This document shows, piece after piece, positions 39,501 through 46,964 of a stretch of DNA of 64,000 nucleotides. The translations under genes were made by a program, and so were the position numbers. Positions within the stretch are counted from its first letter, which is position 1. Every line of letters begins with the position of its first letter. The notes below the pieces were generated by a model. The model did no database searches, was not told the origin of the DNA, and saw only the letters and a program-made list of their open reading frames with translations. The stretch is from Planctomycetota bacterium (GTDB taxonomy: Bacteria > Planctomycetota > PLA2 > JAEUHO01). The stretch lies in assembly GCA_965223505.1 (NCBI GenBank), contig CBDCWP010000043.1:73014-137013 (forward strand). The letters run 5' to 3'.

Positions 39501-39865
39501 ACCCAGATCACCGACGAGTTTTTCGGGTCCATCGTCACGCAGCCGATCGAGTACGAGCCCTCCTTGTCGAAGACCGGCTCGAAGGTCGTGCCGTTGTTGG
39601 TCGTCTTCCACACGCCTCCGGAGCACACCGCGACGAAGTACGTGCTTGGCCGTTTCGGGTCCACGGCGAAGTCCCCGATCCGACCCGACATGAGCGCCGG
39701 ACCGATCGAGCGGAACTTCAACCCCGTGAAATTGGCGGCGCTGAGGACCTTTTCGGGCTTCTCGTTCTTCTCTTCCTCCTCGTCGGCCTCGTCCTCCGCG
39801 CGGACGGCCGGCGCGGCGAGTAGGAGGCAAACGAGGAACCAGAGGGCGAGTCGTAGATTGCGCAT
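36548..39865 (-). CDS. Secreted BNR/Asp-box beta-propeller protein (VPS10/glycosyl hydrolase-like)
   Basis: Signal peptide, FRSIGPA.MSGRI, many S/T-x-D-G-G-x-T-W Asp boxes, GGTQDN. Confidence 0.88.
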   Translation of the reverse strand: MRNLRLALWFLVCLLLAAPAVRAEDEADEEEEKNEKPEKVLSAANFTGLKFRSIGPALMSGRIGDFAVDPKRPSTYFVAVCSGGVWKTTNNGTTFEPVFDKEGSYSIGCVTMDPKNSSVIWVGTGENNSQRSVSFGDGVYRSRDGGRSWKNMGLPESEHIGMITVDPRDSNTVYVASQGPLWRSGGDRGLYKTTDGGATWTRILHVSDETGINEVHIDPRNPDVLYASSYQRRRHTWTLINGGPESTIYKSEDAGATWRKIEKGLPGVDKGRIGLAVSPANPDVVYAVVEAAMGKSGFFRSDNRGETWTKPGSYVPPGAQYYNEIVCDPVNVDRVYALQTFLQVTNDGGKTFQRVPRKNRHVDDHALWIDPDDTDHLLVGSDGGVYESWDLAKNWHFKTNLPVTQFYRVSVDDSRPFYYVYGGTQDNNSQGGPHRTTDRAGITNADWFITVGGDGYETRVDPHDPNIVYSQWQYGGLVRHDRRSGERVDIKPREDPGDPPLRWNWDSPFILSEHDHKRLYFAANKLFRSDDRGNSWRLVSGELTRNLDRNQLEVMGKIQSVDAVAKDNSTSQYGNCVSLDESPIVENLLYVGTDDGLVQITEDGGTTWRKIESFEGVPELTYVSCLTASPTDGDTVYAAFDNHKQGDFTPYLFKSTDRGKTWTSIASNLPKRDVVLSILQDHVKPDLLFAGTEFGVYFSIDGGGHWVRLKAGVPTIAVRDMAIQRRENDLVLGTFGRGFYILDDYTPLRHVTREMLESEDALFPVKDALQYVERSRLGGNNGKGSQGASYYAAPNPEFGAVFTYYLEDKLRSRKEERRKREKEARKKGENSPYPTYEELRAEDAEKEPAVFLIVRDDTGAVVQRVKGSRNRGFHRVAWNLRYPSVQPTRIGPDPNGSPWRRAPIGPLALPGTYAVELVKLVDGIVTPLAAPQTFDVVPLELATFPADDKAAALAFQRRAAGLQRAASGTVRVIGEAQTRIDHLRKALIDTPATEDAQIKALEDLQDELTRIKTLLTGDRTLRSRSTGSPRSIQEWANDLAGSGLRVTSAPTKTQRDMLAKTEPMFARVLADVRALIDALVAFETTVEQSGAPFTPSRLPVWSPPK

Positions 39866-39974
39866 GCGGGGGAGGGTAGCAGGTCGCCTCGCTCCCGTTG
39901 ACCCTCCAAGGCCGAACCCGGCTTCCCGAGGCCGGGTGGAGCCCGCGTGACGTCTGGAGCGTCACAGGGGTCTC

Positions 39975-40262
39975 TCACTCGAGACGAATTCGATGTGTGC
40001 CAATCCGCCGCGGTCGATCTACACGAAGCTGCCGCGCCGATTCTGCTTCCGCCGGACGCATCACGCGCCGCGCTTCCTGCACGCGACGCGCGATCGCAGG
40101 CTGCGTCGAACACTCTCGGATCCGGTGACGGACTGGTTCGTCCTCGAACTGTAGACCCAAATCCAACATGCGAGGTTGCCGTTGGAGCGACACATCTCGA
40201 GGACGCCGTCGTTCGGATCGGTCCACCGATGCGTGCAAGCAGACTCGTTCGAGAGACTTCAC
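39975..40262 (-). CDS. Possible small Arg-rich hypothetical protein (95 aa)
   Basis: GGAGGAG RBS and GTG; fills an otherwise empty gap; codon usage atypical. Confidence 0.3.
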   Translation of the reverse strand: MKSLERVCLHASVDRSERRRPRDVSLQRQPRMLDLGLQFEDEPVRHRIRECSTQPAIARRVQEARRVMRPAEAESARQLRVDRPRRIGTHRIRLE

Positions 40263-40355
40263 GGCGATGCTCCTCCGGAACCGAATGTCTGAACTTCCGT
40301 GCCGGTGCGCGATCTCGATTGAGATGGGGCTGGTCCCGTCGGTTATCTTGCGTCG

Positions 40356-41231
40356 ATGCGTACCACCTTGCTGGTTCTGATTCTGTGCGTGGCGGCACAT
40401 GCCGAGGAGACGCTCCAGGCGAAGGACGCGAAGATCGAGAAGGTCGCCGGAGGGTTCCGGTTCACCGAAGGGCCGGCCGCGGACGAAGACGGCAACGTCT
40501 ACTTCAGCGACATCCCGAATCAGTGCATCCACCGGCTGGACGTCGCGTCGGGCAAGGTGACGGTGTGGAGCGACGACTCAGGTCGCTCGAACGGACTGAT
40601 GTTCGACGCCAAGGGACGCCTGCACGCTTGTGAGGGCGGACGCAGACGACTCGTGCGCTACGAAGGCAAGAAGGCCCACGTCCTGGCCGAGCGCTGGAAC
40701 GAAAAGCGGCTCAACAGCCCGAACGATCTCGCGATCGACGACAAGGGCGGCGTCTACTTCACGGACCCGCGCTACGGGAAGCAGGACGGGCGTGAGATCG
40801 ACATCGAGGCCGTCTATTACGCGGCCGCCGACGGCAAGGTGACGCAGGTGATCACGGAGGTGACCAAGCCGAACGGCATTCTCCTTTCGAAGGACAAGAA
40901 GACGCTGTACGTCGCGGCGAGCGGCGCCAAGCGGATCCGGTCGTACCCCGTCGAGGCCCCGGGCAAGCTCGGCAAGGGCGTCGAGTTCGCCGCGTTGGAC
41001 ACGGCGCCGGGCGGCCCCGACGGCATGACGCTCGACGAGCAAGGCAACGTCTACGCCGCCGGCCAGGGCGCGATCTGGATCTGGGACAAGACCGGCAAGC
41101 GCCTGGCCCGCATCGAGTTTCCAGAGTCGCCCGCCAACTGCGCCTTCGGCGGCAAGGACCGCAAGACGCTGTACGTGACGGCGCGCACGTCCTTGTACCG
41201 CCTGGAGATGAACGTTCGAGGTGCGCGCTGA
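40356..41231 (+). CDS. SMP-30/gluconolactonase family protein
   Basis: FTEGP, FSDI, SNGL, NSPNDL, FTDP.YG, PNGI, PDGMTLD. Signal peptide. Confidence 0.92.
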   Translation: MRTTLLVLILCVAAHAEETLQAKDAKIEKVAGGFRFTEGPAADEDGNVYFSDIPNQCIHRLDVASGKVTVWSDDSGRSNGLMFDAKGRLHACEGGRRRLVRYEGKKAHVLAERWNEKRLNSPNDLAIDDKGGVYFTDPRYGKQDGREIDIEAVYYAAADGKVTQVITEVTKPNGILLSKDKKTLYVAASGAKRIRSYPVEAPGKLGKGVEFAALDTAPGGPDGMTLDEQGNVYAAGQGAIWIWDKTGKRLARIEFPESPANCAFGGKDRKTLYVTARTSLYRLEMNVRGAR

Positions 41232-41388
41232 GCCGGCGCCGCGCGCCCGCGCCGACCCAACCCCTTGCTCGGAACGAACATGCGTCGTTTCCGCATCGTG
41301 AGGCGGCTGCGCCCGTCCGTTGCACGGGGTCTCCGGCTACATCTACCATTGCGTCCCGGTGGGTGGGGGCGGCTTGACGGAAGGCGAG

Positions 41389-43899
41389 ATGGACGACACC
41401 GGACGCCCCGACGAGATCGCGTTCGAGGGTGCGCTCTTGCGCGAGCGCTACCAGGTCGAGTCGAGGCTCGGCCGCGGGGGCATGGCCACCATCTACAGCT
41501 GCACGGACACCGAGCTCGGGCGCAAGGCCGTCGTCAAGGTGCCGTTGGCCGGCTTCATGAAGCTCGACGGGTTCAAGGAGCGGTTCGAGCTCGAGGTCAA
41601 GGGCCTGATCGACATCGAGCACCCGCACGTGGTGTCGATCTACGCGCGCGGTGAGCATCACGGCATTCCCTACTTCATCAGCCAGTTCCTTCCGGGCGGC
41701 AGCCTCGAGGACCGGATCAAGGAGGAGAGCAAGACCTCCGGCCGCATGAACCCCAAGGACGTGCTCACCTGGTTGCCGCACGTCGCCGACGCGCTCGACT
41801 TCATGCATTCCAAGGGCATCGTTCATCGAGACGTCAAGCCGGGGAACATCCTGTTCGACGACCACGGCAACGTATTCCTCTCCGACTTCGGGGTCGCCAA
41901 GGCCCTCGGGACCCAGGACACGGAGCTCACGGCTGCCGGCATGGCGATCGGCTCGATCGAGTACATGCCGCCGGAGCAGGCGATCAACGAGAACATCGGT
42001 CCGAACTCGGACCAGTACGCGCTGGGCGTGACCCTCTTCGAGTGCCTCTCCGGCACGCTGCCCTACAAAGCGGACAACCCGGTCGACCTGCTCATCCAGA
42101 AGAAGAACGCGGTCGCCCCGACGCTGCAAGACCAGCACGGTGTCCCGAGGGAGATTTCCGACGTCGTCGCCCGCGCTCTCTCGATCGATCCGGAGGATCG
42201 ATTCGAGTCGTGCGCCGCACTCGTTGCTGCGCTCGAGGTGGCCGTGTGGTCGGTCGACCCCACGCCGGGCATGCGAACGCCGCCCGGTCGCGCCGCGGAG
42301 GTGCCGCTCAAGCACACGCTCGGTGGATCCCTGGACTTCACCGGGCTCACACTGCTCGGCCACTACAAGGTCGGCGCGCGCATCGGTGCGGGCGGGATGG
42401 GAAGCGTCTACCTCGCGATCGACACGGACCTCGGCAAGAACGTGGTCATCAAGGTGCCGCACGTTCGTTTCCTCGCGGAGAAGGGCTTCCGCGATCGTTT
42501 CGAGCGCGAGGTGAAGCAGCTGCTGCGCATCGAGCATCCCTCGATCGTGCGCGTGCTCGCGCGCGGTGAGCACCAGAAGGTGCCCTTCTACGTCTTGCAG
42601 TACATGAAGCGCGGGTCACTGCGCGAGAGAATGAAGAAGGCCGGCAAGATGTCGGTCGAGGACGTACTGCCGTGGTTCGGCGCGACCGCGAAGGCGCTGG
42701 ACTTCCTGCACTCCCGCAACCTGATCCACCGCGACGTGAAGCCCGGCAACATCCTGTTCGACGAATACGATCACGCCTACCTGTCGGACTTCGGGATCGC
42801 GAAGGCCACCGAAGACACGAAAGTCACGCAGTCCAACACCGGCGTCGGTTCGCCGCGGTACATGGCGCCCGAGCAGACAGGCGAGAACTTCGAGGGCACC
42901 GCCGATCAGTACGCGCTCGCCATCACCGTGTTCGAGGCGTTGACCGGTCGGATGCCGTTCGAAGACGGCACCGCGATGGAGATCATGCTGCGGAAGATGC
43001 AGGAGAGACCGCCGTCGCTGACGACGGTCCTGCCGGGGCTTCCGCAGGGCGCGGCGGACGCGGTGAGCCGAGCCTTGTCGGGCGAAGCCGACGAGCGCTT
43101 CCCGACGTGCCGCGCCTTCTATCTGGCGTTCAAGCGCGCGCTCAGAGAGGCCCCCGCGGTTGCCGCGCTGCCGGAAGCGCCCGTCGCGACCGCGACGCGT
43201 CAATCCGCGCCGCTCGTGCCCGCCTCGGTTGCAGCGCCTGCACCGGCTGCCCCCCAGGTCGAGCATCCGCCTCGAGCGCGCTCGCCCGAGCGCGCGCCGT
43301 CCACGCCGCCGTCGGTCCGAGCGCAGCCGGCGGCGCTCTGGCAGCCGACGTTCATCCTGGGGTTCGTCGGCGTCTGGCTTCTCGCGCGCCTCGCGCCGTT
43401 CGCGCGGTTCCTCGCGCCGCACGATCCGACGGGCGGCATGTCGTTCGACATCTGGGTCGTGCTCTGGGTGTTCGCGCCGTCGGCGTTCATCATCGCCGTC
43501 GGTCACGGGTGGCTGTTTCAACGGCGCGGCGTGACCGCGGCGTGGGCCTGGGTGACCGGGACGTTGATCGGCGCGGCCGTCGCGGGCGTCGTCCTGCTGC
43601 TCTACGGCCGCGTCGCCGCGCTGACGTGGCATCCGCTCGGGATGGTCACCGGCGCCTTGTTCGGCGCGTCCCTCGGCGTTTGCCAGTGGCTTGCGCTCGG
43701 GACGCGCCTGCGCCGCGCGCATCGCTGGATCCTGCCGACGCTGTTGGGCGCCGCGGCCGCCGGCGCGCTGCTCGAATTTGCCGGGGGGCGAGGCGCGCAG
43801 GTCGACTTCCTCCTCGTGCTCGCATCGGCCGTGCTCATGGCGGCAGTGCAGCTCTTGGCGCTTCGGCCGATGACGGCGGGTCGCAGAGGCGGCGCATGA
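41389..43899 (+). CDS. Membrane protein with two tandem Ser/Thr kinase domains
   Basis: Two complete sets of GxGG, VxK, HRDVKPGN, DFG and (A/P)PE; Pro/Ala linker; about 6 TM helices at the C-terminus. Confidence 0.9.
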   Translation: MDDTGRPDEIAFEGALLRERYQVESRLGRGGMATIYSCTDTELGRKAVVKVPLAGFMKLDGFKERFELEVKGLIDIEHPHVVSIYARGEHHGIPYFISQFLPGGSLEDRIKEESKTSGRMNPKDVLTWLPHVADALDFMHSKGIVHRDVKPGNILFDDHGNVFLSDFGVAKALGTQDTELTAAGMAIGSIEYMPPEQAINENIGPNSDQYALGVTLFECLSGTLPYKADNPVDLLIQKKNAVAPTLQDQHGVPREISDVVARALSIDPEDRFESCAALVAALEVAVWSVDPTPGMRTPPGRAAEVPLKHTLGGSLDFTGLTLLGHYKVGARIGAGGMGSVYLAIDTDLGKNVVIKVPHVRFLAEKGFRDRFEREVKQLLRIEHPSIVRVLARGEHQKVPFYVLQYMKRGSLRERMKKAGKMSVEDVLPWFGATAKALDFLHSRNLIHRDVKPGNILFDEYDHAYLSDFGIAKATEDTKVTQSNTGVGSPRYMAPEQTGENFEGTADQYALAITVFEALTGRMPFEDGTAMEIMLRKMQERPPSLTTVLPGLPQGAADAVSRALSGEADERFPTCRAFYLAFKRALREAPAVAALPEAPVATATRQSAPLVPASVAAPAPAAPQVEHPPRARSPERAPSTPPSVRAQPAALWQPTFILGFVGVWLLARLAPFARFLAPHDPTGGMSFDIWVVLWVFAPSAFIIAVGHGWLFQRRGVTAAWAWVTGTLIGAAVAGVVLLLYGRVAALTWHPLGMVTGALFGASLGVCQWLALGTRLRRAHRWILPTLLGAAAAGALLEFAGGRGAQVDFLLVLASAVLMAAVQLLALRPMTAGRRGGA

Positions 43900-46800
43900 C
43901 GACGTCCACCACCGTGCTGGGCGACCGCTACGAGCTCAAGCGACGCCTCTATTCGGAAGGCAACCAGGCCGCGTACGAGGCCCGCGATCGAGTTCGCTCC
44001 GACGAGGTCGTCGTATTCCTCGTGCCGCCGGCGAAGAAGCTCAACGCGGACACGGACCAGGCCGTGCGGGCCGACATCGAGCGTGCGTTCGATGTCGCGT
44101 CTCCGAACCTGATCCCGCTGCTCGACCTTCGCGAGGTCGGCGATCACCGCTTCCTCGTCATGCCGAAGCCCCGTGGAACGAACGCGTGGACGCGCATCAC
44201 GCAAAAGAAGAAGGCCGGCGCGCGGATGGGCGTCGAGCAGGTTCTGCGTGCCGCCGACGATCTCGTCGCCGCGGCCGAGGCGGCGCACGCGCGCGACCTG
44301 ACGCTGGGATTCTCGCCGAAACAGGTCTGGATCGAGGACGACGGCAGCGCACGGGTTCAGTTCTACTGGATCGACCGCGTCAACCTCGACGGCGGGGGGC
44401 CGGAGCGCTTTCAGACCGCCGGCGCCGAGGGCGGGTACTTCCAGGCGCCCGAGCTCGCCGAAGGCGCCGAGGGTGCGACGCCGGCCGCCGATCAGTTCTT
44501 CATCTGCGCGGTGTTGTACGGGTTGCTGACGGGCCAGGTGCCCGGCGGCAAGCTCGAGCCGATTCGCAGGAGCCGCGCGGACGTGCCGGCGCCGATGGCC
44601 GACGCGATCGAGCGCGGCCTTGCGCAGGCGCCCGCGCGCCGGCACCCCGATCTTCGCGCGTTTCGACGCGCGGTGCACCGGCGCAGCGCCGGCGTCGGAT
44701 ATCTCGTCCCGCTCTTGCTGGTGTTGCTGTCGCTCTGGGCCGGACGCGCGGTGTTCCTGGGCGGCGCGGACGTGTCGTCCTGGGCGTTCGAGGACGACGT
44801 CGCCGCCCGGCGCGACGCGGAGTACGGCAAGTTGCGTCCCTCGGTCGAGCCCGTGCCCGCAGCCGACGAGGCCGCCGTCCGACGCTTCGCCGGGCACTAT
44901 GACAGCTTCGAAGAGCATGAGCTCTGGCTGCGACCGGACGGTTCGTTCCTCCTGGACGACCACGCCAGTGACGCGCCGCGGCACGTGCGCGGTTTGTGGT
45001 GGCCGGACCCGTCGAGCGACGACGCGCTCGTCCTCATGCCCGTGGCCCACGGCGCGACGCGTCCTGCGCCGATCGAGGTCAGCGTCGAGAACGGGCGGTT
45101 GCTTGTCGCGGAGGCGGGCACCGTTCAGTGGATGACCAAGGTCGGATGGCCGTCCGAGTCCGGAGCGTATGCCCCCTTGCTCCAGGTCGATGCGCCGCTC
45201 GCCGGCGCGGTCGTGACGGAACGGAAGATCCGCGTCGTAGGCCGGGTCGCCGTCACCGGCGTTCAGGTACGAATCGGGAACGAGCCTGCTCCGGTGGTGC
45301 GAACGACCTTCGACAAGATCATCGACGTCTCCGAACGCGGCGACGTCGAGGTCGTCGTCAGCGCCCGCGCGAAGGACGGGTTCGAACAGACGATCACGCG
45401 CGTCGTCCGTGTCGACGACGGGGTTCCGGAGATCGACGTGACCGCGACGCTGGAGGAGACGGACGGTGTCTGGAACCTCGACGTCAAGGGGACGTGCGTG
45501 GACGACGGCGCGGTCGTCGCGCTGAGCGTCAACGAGGAGCCGGTGAAGATCGGCGCCGACGGGACGTTCGGATACGCGCGGCGGGGCGTCGATGCGCACG
45601 CGCACGCGTTCGTCGAGATCGTCGCCGTCGATGACGCCGGCCGCGCGGCCCGCCGCCTGGTTTGGCCCTCGATCTCGGCCGTCACCGCTGCGACGCTGGC
45701 GCCGGCGTTCGAAGCGCTTCGCGCGGCGCTCGCGGCGGGCAAGACGGGAGAGGCCGAAGACCTCTTGCGCGCGATCCGGGACCAGGGCGGCCTCATCGAG
45801 GAGCTGAGGCCCGAGACCCTCGAGCCCGTGGTGCGGCAGGGACGCGAGCCGCGCATCACGTTCGACGACTATCCCGATCCGAAGCGGGGCCGGTACTTCG
45901 TCGACGACGGCACGATGCAGATTCGGCTTCGCGGAACCGTCGAGTGGTTCGGCGCCGGCGACGTGTTCGAGATCATGGGCAAGCGCATCGACATCGACGC
46001 GGGCGGCCGTTTCGACGGTGTGATTCAGCTGCCAAGGCTCGGTCCCAATCCCATTCCCGTACGCGTGCTGCGCGAAGGGGAACCGGCGGCCGAGCGTCCG
46101 ATCGAGGTGTGGCTCGCCGATGGAGACGGCGAGGTCCCGAAGTGGACGGGCGTTCCCGTGAGCGAGGCGCAGCGCAAGGCGTCTGCCCAGTTCGGTCTTC
46201 CGATCGGCCGCACGAACGACCTCGGCATGCACTTCGCGTTGATTCCGCCCGGCACGCTGCGGCGCGAGACGAAAGACGGCCAGCGCTTCGGCGTGAAGAT
46301 CACGCGGCCGTACTACATGCAGGTCGGCGAGGTCAGCCGCCGTCAGTTCAATCGTTACATCAGCCGGCGCCTGCCCACGACGTACGAGGCGAAGAGCGGC
46401 GAGCTCCCGTTGGGCGACGACCGTCATCCGGCGATGGACGTCTCTCGGGACGAGTGCATCGAGTTCGCCCGTCGGCTGAGCGCCGATCAGGGCGGGACCT
46501 ACCGTCTTCCGACGGAGGCGGAGTGGGAGCTGGCAGCGCGTGCAGGTGACACGACCGGCAACACCTACTGGGACCGCGACGCGTCGCAGCTCGAGCGCCA
46601 TGCCAACTTTGCCGACCAGTCCATTCGACGTCTGCTGTCGGGCTGGCCGGCCGAGCGACTTTCTTCCGGCAACGACGGCGCGCCGGGCACCTGGCCCGCC
46701 GACTTCGGAGCCGCCAATCGGTTCGGGCTCAAGAACATGCTCGGCAACGCGTCCGAGTGGGTGGCCGACTTCTACGACCACTACGACCCGTTCGACGACG

Positions 46801-46964
46801 AGGACCCCACAGGTCCCGCCGTGGGCAAGCACGGCGTCAATCGGGGCGGCAGCTTCCGAAGCCATCCGCGCGGGCACGGCTTCGCGAAGCGATTCGGCTT
46901 CGCCGTGCACGAGCGTCGTCCCTACGTCGGGTTCCGGCTCGTCCTCGAATCGGAGGTGCGCTGA
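43896..46964 (+). CDS. Pseudokinase + TM + Ig-like repeats + FGE-sulfatase (SUMF1-like) domain
   Basis: Kinase-like N-terminus keeps APE and ADQF but lacks VAIK, HRD and DFG; YRLPTEAEWE.AAR, FGLKNMLGNASEW, RGGSF, GFRLV. Confidence 0.8.
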   Translation: MTTSTTVLGDRYELKRRLYSEGNQAAYEARDRVRSDEVVVFLVPPAKKLNADTDQAVRADIERAFDVASPNLIPLLDLREVGDHRFLVMPKPRGTNAWTRITQKKKAGARMGVEQVLRAADDLVAAAEAAHARDLTLGFSPKQVWIEDDGSARVQFYWIDRVNLDGGGPERFQTAGAEGGYFQAPELAEGAEGATPAADQFFICAVLYGLLTGQVPGGKLEPIRRSRADVPAPMADAIERGLAQAPARRHPDLRAFRRAVHRRSAGVGYLVPLLLVLLSLWAGRAVFLGGADVSSWAFEDDVAARRDAEYGKLRPSVEPVPAADEAAVRRFAGHYDSFEEHELWLRPDGSFLLDDHASDAPRHVRGLWWPDPSSDDALVLMPVAHGATRPAPIEVSVENGRLLVAEAGTVQWMTKVGWPSESGAYAPLLQVDAPLAGAVVTERKIRVVGRVAVTGVQVRIGNEPAPVVRTTFDKIIDVSERGDVEVVVSARAKDGFEQTITRVVRVDDGVPEIDVTATLEETDGVWNLDVKGTCVDDGAVVALSVNEEPVKIGADGTFGYARRGVDAHAHAFVEIVAVDDAGRAARRLVWPSISAVTAATLAPAFEALRAALAAGKTGEAEDLLRAIRDQGGLIEELRPETLEPVVRQGREPRITFDDYPDPKRGRYFVDDGTMQIRLRGTVEWFGAGDVFEIMGKRIDIDAGGRFDGVIQLPRLGPNPIPVRVLREGEPAAERPIEVWLADGDGEVPKWTGVPVSEAQRKASAQFGLPIGRTNDLGMHFALIPPGTLRRETKDGQRFGVKITRPYYMQVGEVSRRQFNRYISRRLPTTYEAKSGELPLGDDRHPAMDVSRDECIEFARRLSADQGGTYRLPTEAEWELAARAGDTTGNTYWDRDASQLERHANFADQSIRRLLSGWPAERLSSGNDGAPGTWPADFGAANRFGLKNMLGNASEWVADFYDHYDPFDDEDPTGPAVGKHGVNRGGSFRSHPRGHGFAKRFGFAVHERRPYVGFRLVLESEVR

